Assembly: GCA_048939465.1 (NCBI GenBank)
Contig: JBHLPL010000118.1
Span: forward strand, 1-5,614
Source of the DNA: Promethearchaeota archaeon
Lineage (GTDB): Archaea > Asgardarchaeota > Odinarchaeia > Odinarchaeales > JBHLKK01
DNA: 5,614 nt
Direction: 5' to 3'
Under the pieces are notes generated by a model. It did not search any database, was not told where the DNA came from, and worked only from the letters and a program-made list of their open reading frames with translations. Shown here piece after piece: positions 1-5,614 of this stretch. Positions within the stretch are counted from its first letter, which is position 1, and every line of letters begins with the position of its first letter. The position numbers were made by a program, and so were the translations under genes.

Positions 1-625
1 ATGCATGGTGTATTCGATCGAGACCAATCTCCACAAATTGGAAATAATTCCATTCCTTTTCCTCAATCAAATACCGGATCACTTCAAAATGCTGTTTAGT
101 CATCTCCAGAATTCCTTCTAGTACTCCGTCACGTTCCTCTTTCCTGAAGGTAACGTCGAAAATGTACTCGCCGACGACAGACTCGATTTCCTGTTTTAAG
201 TTTACGGGATAAGTGTAATTTACAGATGCGTCAGGCGTTATGAAACACGAGACAAGACAACCGTTGATTGGTTTCGGAGGATATGAAGGGGGTATCCCAA
301 CTAAAATCGAAGTAAGCCCTTTTTCCCCCAGGTAATCCCAAACTGCCTTTTCCTTAATTAGATTCCCATGTGCGATCCAAATTTCATCATATGTCTTACT
401 TTTCCTATGACGAAAACCATAGAGGCCTAGCTCGCCTGGCGTTTTCCCACTAGCCATAACCATCCATGCAGGTATCGTTATCGCGGGTATGCAACTTTCC
501 ATTGGACCGTAGGTGGATTTATTAAGAAGGCTCTTTACATGAGGCATTTCGTCGAGAAACATGTCAAATAGCAGCTCAGGTGGCGCAGAGTCTAGACCTA
601 TTACCAGTACTTTATCTATTGACAC
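1..625 (-). CDS. AlkP-superfamily type I phosphodiesterase / nucleotide pyrophosphatase-like protein (COG3379-like), 3'-truncated by the window edge
   Basis: Not in the ORF track; translated by hand. The frame is open from GTG at 623-625 to the window edge (208 codons, no stop): MSIDKVLVIGLDSAPPELLFDMFLDEMPHVKSLLNKSTYGPMESCIPAITIPAWMVMASGKTPGELGLYGFRHRK...VWDYLGEKGLTSILVGIPPSYPPKPING...FQFVEIGLDRIHHA. Hallmarks are the first metal-ligand Asp (VIGLDSA), a Thr nucleophile (S-x-x-P-x-x-T-x-P-A-W; Thr50 at 476-478), G-x-x-P-G-x-x-G-x-Y-G-F, and the D-R-x-x-H metal motif. SD-like GTGGTG at 632-637. Confidence 0.9.
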   Translation of the reverse strand, partial: MSIDKVLVIGLDSAPPELLFDMFLDEMPHVKSLLNKSTYGPMESCIPAITIPAWMVMASGKTPGELGLYGFRHRKSKTYDEIWIAHGNLIKEKAVWDYLGEKGLTSILVGIPPSYPPKPINGCLVSCFITPDASVNYTYPVNLKQEIESVVGEYIFDVTFRKEERDGVLEGILEMTKQHFEVIRYLIEEKEWNYFQFVEIGLDRIHHA

Positions 626-643
626 ATTGAGCACCACATAGAA

Positions 644-1804
644 CTACTTCACAAAAGGTTCATTATAATTAAGGATTATTTCGGTAACTTCAGGCCTCAT
701 TATTTCCTTGGGGGGGGATTCACCACGGATCAACATATCTCTTATTATAGTACCACTTGGATGAATTATCTCATCACCGCTATGCGGACATATCTGAGAA
801 CTAACATAACCAAGACATCTCCTGCAATAATGAAATTCCTTGAAGAAAATTGGAGTGATTTCTAAGTCTGGGAATTCTGCAAAAATCTCCTGTGCATCGT
901 ATGGTCCATAGAAATTGCCGATGCCAGCATGATCCCGACCAACAACAAAGTGAGTACACCCAAAATTCTTTCGTATAATTGAATGAAATACTGCCTCTTT
1001 TGGTCCTGCATAACGCATTGCTGTTCTTAGGATGGCCATCACGGCCCTATCTTTCAAATAATAGTGATTAATTAGCTCTTCGTACGTCTTCAAGATAACA
1101 TCATCCTTGAAATCACCAGGTTTCTTTTTGCCGATTACAGGATTAATAAATAATCCATCAACAAATGTCAGCGCTGTTTTTTGAAGGTACTCGTGACCCA
1201 TATGTGGGGCATTTCTTGTTTGGAATCCGACAACGGTTCTCCAACCTTTTTCCTTAAAGAGAACCCTGGTTTCTATGGGTCTCAGAGTGTATTTTGCGAA
1301 TGGATTGTCTGTACTATTAATTAGCTCTATTTTTCCTCCAACCAGCCTATCTCTAGACTGAAGTATTCTTGCGACGCCCGGATGCTTAAGATCCCCTGTT
1401 CCAAATGCCCTTCTTGCGTATTCCATCTTATCGTAGGGGAAGATGTCGTCTATGCATAATCGGGCAACTGCCGTTCCTTTATAAGTCAAAATGACAACGT
1501 CACCTGCTTTGAGGTTTGCATCCTGGACCGTATTAGGGGAAATATCCAAAACTATCGGAATTGTCCATGGCGTATCATCGCCCAGCCTCATTTTATGCAA
1601 TACTGACTCAAAATCAGCACTACTCATTGGACCTTCAAGTGGACTGAAGATACCAAACGCGATATTTTCCATATCAACTGAAGATTCCTCTGAGATTTCA
1701 ATTCTCGTCATTTCATTGAGTTCATCTTGTATTTTCTTCCTTGCCTTGTCGCTCAGTACTCGATTAACTAGCCTGCCACCATGAGGTTTTGGTATTTTAC
1801 TCAC
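644..1804 (-). CDS. sat: Sulfate adenylyltransferase (ATP sulfurylase, Sat type), 386 aa
   Basis: N-terminal PHGGRLVNR, PUA-like domain with PWTIPIVL and HPGV, catalytic FQTRNAPHMGHE (RNxxHxxH), MRYAGPKEA, VGRDHAG, SGTIIR and a C-terminal PPKEIMRPEV. Contains a CRRC...CPH zinc-site motif. GTG start with AAGGAG SD at 1813-1818; TAG stop at 644-646. Confidence 0.98.
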   Translation of the reverse strand: MSKIPKPHGGRLVNRVLSDKARKKIQDELNEMTRIEISEESSVDMENIAFGIFSPLEGPMSSADFESVLHKMRLGDDTPWTIPIVLDISPNTVQDANLKAGDVVILTYKGTAVARLCIDDIFPYDKMEYARRAFGTGDLKHPGVARILQSRDRLVGGKIELINSTDNPFAKYTLRPIETRVLFKEKGWRTVVGFQTRNAPHMGHEYLQKTALTFVDGLFINPVIGKKKPGDFKDDVILKTYEELINHYYLKDRAVMAILRTAMRYAGPKEAVFHSIIRKNFGCTHFVVGRDHAGIGNFYGPYDAQEIFAEFPDLEITPIFFKEFHYCRRCLGYVSSQICPHSGDEIIHPSGTIIRDMLIRGESPPKEIMRPEVTEIILNYNEPFVK

Positions 1805-1816
1805 GCGTAAGTCTCC

Positions 1817-2047
1817 TTAATCCAGATATCCGAGAGCTCGAAGACGTTCCTTAACTTTCTCTTCCTCTTCTTTTGTGAAGACTTCTTCCTCTTCTAAGCT
1901 AGCTAAGATCTCTCGCAGCACATAAGTCACGTAATCTGAAACAGAAGTAAAACCGGTCTTTCCAAGTCTCTTCTTGATTTTATCATACAATTGAATTGGA
2001 ATTGAAACGGTCGCGGGTTTTTCGTCTTTTTCGAGTTTTCTGCTCAT
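1817..2047 (-). CDS. CopG/MetJ/Arc-type ribbon-helix-helix transcriptional regulator with an acidic C-terminal helix, 76 aa
   Basis: Alternating beta-strand ATVSIPI, helix A (QLYDKIKKRL), G-F-T-S-V-S-D-Y-V turn and helix B (YVLREIL): the typical RHH pattern. ATG is preceded by the archaeal SD GGTGA (2052-2056). First gene of the operon; its TAA stop overlaps the sat SD. Confidence 0.88.
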   Translation of the reverse strand: MSRKLEKDEKPATVSIPIQLYDKIKKRLGKTGFTSVSDYVTYVLREILASLEEEEVFTKEEEEKVKERLRALGYLD

Positions 2048-2101
2048 AGAATCACCGTCAGCTGCTTTCGATAAGACGCGTTAATTCCTAAATCTACGAC
2101 A

Positions 2102-2116
2102 TATTTAATTTTATCG
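2102..2116 (-). promoter_or_regulatory. Candidate BRE-TATA promoter of the RHH-sat-AlkP operon
   Basis: The minus strand reads CGATAAAA-TTAAATA (purine-rich BRE followed by a TATA-like box), ending about 55 nt before the RHH ATG. Position and consensus fit; there are no transcript data. Confidence 0.6.
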
Positions 2117-2124
2117 ATAACGCA

Positions 2125-2136
2125 TTTCTTACTTAG
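2125..2136 (-). repeat. Copy 1 of the 12-bp element CTAAGTAAGAAA (putative operator)
   Basis: TTTCTTACTTAG at 2125-2136 is identical to 3797-3808. Both lie just upstream of leftward TATA boxes in the same orientation. Confidence 0.55.
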
Positions 2137-2263
2137 GAAAGATAATTCGAACACAAAACATATAGATATAGCTACTCCCTCTAAAATATCTGTGTGCAAT
2201 GTCTCGACCGAGCGAAGGGCTAATAAAGAGCTTTAAAGGGGATTTAGGGCAGATATGCGTCTC

Positions 2264-3703
2264 TTAAATACCAGATAGGGTCTTGCTAAGGCTTAGTATT
2301 TTCAAATGCTCTCTTTGCCTACCCTTTGTTTTCATCTCCATTCTTATATGCTGTTTTATTTTTTCAAGGAACTCTCTGGCTAGATACGTCTCCTCCTCAA
2401 TGAGATTATAGCGTTCATTAGGATCCTTAGTAAGATCATACAATTCATCAGAAACATCCTCATTGTGCATATCACTGTAAATATATTTCCGATTTTTGAA
2501 CCTATAAGACACTTTGCAGTATCCCTGGTCCAATTTCAAAATTCTGGTTCTTGCTCCCATCAACTTCTCAACTAGGATTCCGACCTCACTAATCGCTGGA
2601 TTCTCGACAATTTGTGGCCTAGATTCCTTTAGGGATTGGCTTAAGTCTCTCCCCAAATAGCTTCCGGGGATATTTTTGTGAAAACCCGAAAGCCCAAGCA
2701 CCGTGGGAGCTAGATCGATCTGGCTTATTTGTTGCGAAAGGACACACGGAGACAGCTCAGGGCCCGCAATAATCAAAGGTACATGAATGGTTTCATCATA
2801 CAATTGACCGTGTCCAAACATTCCATGTTCGAGGAACTCCTGTCCGTGGTCACTTGTTAAAATAAAATATGTATTATCCAGCGTTATGCCGATTTCTTCA
2901 AGCTTTGATAGAAGGAATCCTATGAATCTATCAACATAGAGTACTGAGTCTTTATACCAACTAGAGAGCCACAAAATCTCATCTCTGGAAAGACTTTTTC
3001 TCCCGCCGAGTTTGCTCTCAATCCTCCCAAATTTAAAGGAGGTGAATAAATCTGGTCTATAGGGATGATGCGGCTGGTGCGCATCCATATAGTGGATCCA
3101 AGCAAAGAAGCGACGATCATTTTCTTTTATTAGCTTTAGGAATCTACCAGTAAGCTGTTCCGCAGACAGGAAAGGTGTTAGAAATGCATTCATATATGTG
3201 TAGAGGAAACGTGATAAAAACATCAGAAAGGTACCTAGCCTGAGAGACTTAGCATCCCTTCTTTTCTCAAAGAAGAATTTATTTATATTAAAAATGGCAA
3301 AAGGGCTTCTTTTTCGCTTTCTTGAAGCATTCGTTGCTTCTGAACCATCAAAAAAGGAGGAGAAGCCCCTGTCAAAACCGAAGAATTTTGAAATAAAAGC
3401 GTTAGTTTGACAAGATACGGTTGAAAAGTTCTCTCTTCTTAGCAACTCGACAAACGATTTTCTCGGCGAGAAATTGAGACAGCCATCATACATGAATGGA
3501 TATGTTGATGTCAGAAATGATTGTACAGATAGTGGAGTTCCTGGAGCTACAGAAATCGCATTCTCAAAAAATATGCTCCTTTTGGCAAGCCGCCTAATGT
3601 TCGGCAATCTATTATTCTTGATGAGTGAGTGTGTTGTATCATATCTAAGGGCATCAATTGTTATAAATACGATGTTATGGGTTTCATTGCTTTTTAACAA
3701 CAT
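2264..3703 (-). CDS. Sulfatase-like hydrolase/transferase (AlkP superfamily, Thr-nucleophile type), 479 aa
   Basis: NIVFITIDALRYD (metal Asp), P-N-I-x-x-L-A-x-x-S-x-x-F-x-N-A-x-S-x-A-P-G-T-P-L-S...LTSTYP, FGFDRGF, FFAWIHYMDAHQPH, ILTSDHGQEFLEHGMFGH, LYDETIHVPLII, QIDLAPTVL, ELYDLTKDPNERYNL. The formylglycine motif C/S-x-P-x-R is absent; Thr56 (3536-3538) occupies the nucleophile position. No signal peptide is evident. Confidence 0.92.
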   Translation of the reverse strand: MLLKSNETHNIVFITIDALRYDTTHSLIKNNRLPNIRRLAKRSIFFENAISVAPGTPLSVQSFLTSTYPFMYDGCLNFSPRKSFVELLRRENFSTVSCQTNAFISKFFGFDRGFSSFFDGSEATNASRKRKRSPFAIFNINKFFFEKRRDAKSLRLGTFLMFLSRFLYTYMNAFLTPFLSAEQLTGRFLKLIKENDRRFFAWIHYMDAHQPHHPYRPDLFTSFKFGRIESKLGGRKSLSRDEILWLSSWYKDSVLYVDRFIGFLLSKLEEIGITLDNTYFILTSDHGQEFLEHGMFGHGQLYDETIHVPLIIAGPELSPCVLSQQISQIDLAPTVLGLSGFHKNIPGSYLGRDLSQSLKESRPQIVENPAISEVGILVEKLMGARTRILKLDQGYCKVSYRFKNRKYIYSDMHNEDVSDELYDLTKDPNERYNLIEEETYLAREFLEKIKQHIRMEMKTKGRQREHLKILSLSKTLSGI

Positions 3704-3758
3704 TATTTGTGCCCACTCGTTCGTTGCCCAGTCTTGATTAGGGATTTACCAGAGGGGG

Positions 3759-3771
3759 TTAATAAGGTTTT
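3759..3771 (-). promoter_or_regulatory. Candidate BRE-TATA promoter of the sulfatase-like gene
   Basis: The minus strand reads AAAACC-TTATTAA, a good archaeal BRE/TATA match, ending about 55 nt upstream of the ATG at 3703. Confidence 0.65.
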
Positions 3772-3796
3772 GTCAGTATCGCCGTAACAGATAATG

Positions 3797-3808
3797 TTTC
3801 TTACTTAG
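3797..3808 (-). repeat. Copy 2 of the 12-bp element CTAAGTAAGAAA (putative operator)
   Basis: Exact match to 2125-2136. Confidence 0.55.
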
Positions 3809-3920
3809 CTCTATGAAAGCCCGATTAATGGACTCTCATCGTTCTTTCCCCCATCTGAGAATCTCATCAAAATAGAATCTATCTAATTTCCAACCTCTTT
3901 CATCGAATATCTTTTGGAGG

Positions 3921-3935
3921 AAAGAACTATTAACC
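3921..3935 (+). promoter_or_regulatory. Candidate BRE-TATA promoter of the cryptic + strand gene
   Basis: AAAGAACTATTAACC matches the sulfatase promoter AAAACCTTATTAACC (3757-3771, minus strand) at 11 of 15 positions, including TATTAACC. It ends about 40 nt before ATG 3977. Confidence 0.5.
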
Positions 3936-3976
3936 GGGGAAGGAGTCTAAAATTCGAGTCTTTGGGCGTGAAAAAC

Positions 3977-4330
3977 ATGAAAAGTCGAATATTAGGATAG
4001 CGGACCTATTTTCGCCGAGGGCATAATACTCATCTATATTTCTTAATAAGTTTTCTAAACTTCTTCGTAATACAGTAGACCCTTCTGGTCTCTGATTCTG
4101 AATTACTCGCAACCCTTTTCCAAAGCCTTCTAATATTCGCGATTTCCTTCTTTGCCACCTACGTCCCATTATCAACCATTGTCGGTTGGATTGATTTTAA
4201 ACTTGGTACCGTTCCGATAGATCAAACGATTATAGCCAAGGCAAACCCATGGTTTCGAGACCTAGCAGAGGCCATTCTTCTCTTGGCTGAGGGTAAGAAT
4301 CAAGAAGTGGCAGAAGTAATGAAGAAGTAG
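3977..4330 (+). pseudogene. Cryptic gene for a ~117-aa two-TM membrane protein, interrupted by two in-frame TAG codons (pseudogene or read-through)
   Basis: One frame without indels: MKSRILG*RTYFRRGHNTHLYFLISFLNFFVIQ*TLLVSDSELLATLFQSLLIFAISFFATYVPLSTIVGWIDFKLGTVPIDQTIIAKANPWFRDLAEAILLLAEGKNQEVAEVMKK*. TAG at 3998-4000, 4076-4078 and 4328-4330, then VKK and another TAG at 4340-4342. The protein has a basic N-terminus, two hydrophobic segments and an amphipathic C-terminal helix, with a promoter-like box upstream. An in-frame GTG at 3968 is an alternative start. Confidence 0.7.
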
Positions 4331-4551
4331 GTCAAGAAGTAGACTCGAAGAAATCGTCTCAATCGCTATCCCTGGGGGAACTCAGAGAAGTTTAATCCTG
4401 AATGAAGTTAAAATGCAGGAGTCTAGTTTCACATAAAAACAACATTTAATACCAATCTAGATAATATAGGTTTGGAAGCGTTTGAGGGGACTTAAGAAAA
4501 AGCTTTGCCACACACAGCATAAGGGCTTATCGATGAAATTGGATCAACTGG

Positions 4552-5361
4552 ATGTCTGAAGACCAAACATTTGAGGTGATTGGTTTGCTAGATATTGTTA
4601 TACCGACCAAAAACAGTGATCGAACACTGGATTTATGCCTTAGAGGAATTAAATCAACTATTTCTTATGGGAATGTATTTATTGTAGACAATTTTAGCGA
4701 GGATAACACGAAAGAAATTGCACTAAGTCACGGCTGCAAATATGTGACCAGCCCCTCCAAATATAGCCTGGCTCTGAGGGAAGGAGCTATGATGACCAAA
4801 GGGGATTACTTCATGATTGTTGACAGCGATGTTATTCTTAACAAGAAAGCAAATGTGTTGTTCCGACATATGGGGGATTACGCTGTAATAAAGGGGGTAA
4901 CCAGGCACTGGTTTAGACCCAAGTTTGAAAGCTTAACCAAATACTGGATTGAGAGAATGAGATCAGAAATCTCTGGACTGGAAGCAGCATTGATGAAAAA
5001 AGAGGAGTTCTTGGAATATTCCGGGGATTGGGCTGATAATCAAATGGACGCTGGGGGAGACCTGAATCTGTTTTATAGGTACAAGAAAAATAATATACCG
5101 ATGTTGAATCTACCAGTTGTTGTTAGTACGCACATCACAGGTGATTGGAAAAGGTTTTGGAGACAGGCAATATGGTATGGCAGGAGTTACGGTAACAAAT
5201 CCTATTTACCGATTAGACAGACTAATAGGAACCCATTGAAATCATTTGTTAGGGCTGTCGACGGGGGTCTTAGATACAAAGACATTAAATTGTTTGCTGC
5301 AATCTTTGGCAATATGCTATGTGCAACGATAGGCAGACTTACAAGATTCGCATCCAGATAA
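4552..5361 (+). CDS. Glycosyltransferase family 2 (GT-A fold); true start probably TTG at 4585 (258 aa)
   Basis: DIVIPTKNSDRTLDLCL, IVDNFSEDNT, YSLALREG and the DxD motif IVDSDV. A perfect archaeal SD GAGGTGA at 4573-4579 lies 5 nt before in-frame TTG 4585, giving MLDIVIPTKNS, a typical GT2 N-terminus. ATG 4552 lacks a comparable SD. Confidence 0.93.
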   Translation: MSEDQTFEVIGLLDIVIPTKNSDRTLDLCLRGIKSTISYGNVFIVDNFSEDNTKEIALSHGCKYVTSPSKYSLALREGAMMTKGDYFMIVDSDVILNKKANVLFRHMGDYAVIKGVTRHWFRPKFESLTKYWIERMRSEISGLEAALMKKEEFLEYSGDWADNQMDAGGDLNLFYRYKKNNIPMLNLPVVVSTHITGDWKRFWRQAIWYGRSYGNKSYLPIRQTNRNPLKSFVRAVDGGLRYKDIKLFAAIFGNMLCATIGRLTRFASR

Positions 5362-5614
5362 ATCCAGCGTTGGCGATACTAAGGTGAGATTTTGAGGAAG
5401 TGAAGTACTTAGTTGATGGTTTCGGTTCTGTAACACGCTGCGCAAGCCCAGTACAATTATCTATGATCGAACAACTCGATAGCTGCAATATGTCATTACA
5501 GAGAATTACCCAGTAAAGATTATTATTGCAGTCTAATATTATTGACTAATATGACCAATTTTGTTGTGTTGTATGCTTTTCATAAGACTAGCCCGATTAT
5601 TATGCGCCGATTAT

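Noticed and set aside
1491-1784. 97-aa + strand ORF
   Set aside because: Entirely antisense to sat, with no motif; Ser/Ile-rich shadow frame.
644-1804. sat as evidence of dissimilatory sulfate reduction
   Set aside because: No aprAB, qmo or dsr genes are in the window, and the context is glycan-modification genes.
2920-3120. 66-aa minus-strand ORF
   Set aside because: Alternative frame inside the sulfatase-like gene with no independent support.
2264-3703. Calling the gene a bona fide arylsulfatase (atsA/aslA)
   Set aside because: It lacks the C/S-x-P-x-R formylglycine signature, so only the superfamily can be supported.
3474-3737. 87-aa + strand ORF
   Set aside because: Antisense to the conserved N-terminal catalytic region of the sulfatase-like gene.
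3930-4175. 81-aa minus-strand ORF from the track
   Set aside because: It is antisense to the cryptic + strand gene, whose translation is far more protein-like and has a promoter. It has a TTG start and no recognisable motif, so it is treated as a shadow.
4723-4908. 61-aa minus-strand ORF
   Set aside because: Antisense to the GT2 catalytic core.
5400-5516. 38-codon + strand ORF (VKYLVDGFGSV...) after GT2
   Set aside because: Short, with no motif and SD-like sequences poorly spaced; it cannot be distinguished from chance.
5362-5614. AT-rich right end with an 8-bp direct repeat CCGATTAT near 5593-5614 and several short broken frames
   Set aside because: No frame or repeat structure is long enough to support a gene, IS end or CRISPR repeat within the window.

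Overview
Archaeal-looking DNA (GGTGA/GAGGTGA Shine-Dalgarno sites, BRE-TATA promoters, GTG/TTG starts; the exact lineage cannot be read from the sequence). It appears to be part of a cell-surface glycan modification locus. A leftward operon encodes a 76-aa ribbon-helix-helix regulator, ATP sulfurylase (sat) and an AlkP-superfamily nucleotide pyrophosphatase-like protein that runs off the left edge and is absent from the ORF track. Upstream lies a separately promoted sulfatase-like AlkP-superfamily gene with Thr, not Cys/Ser-x-P-x-R, at the nucleophile position. A GT2 glycosyltransferase lies on the + strand. The apparent 850-bp intergenic gap hides a + strand gene for a ~117-aa two-TM membrane protein (3977-4330). 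It has its own promoter and an unshifted frame, but is interrupted by two in-frame TAG codons, so it is either a young pseudogene or a case of UAG read-through. The two leftward promoters share an identical 12-bp upstream element. No RNA genes, CRISPR arrays or mobile elements were recognised.
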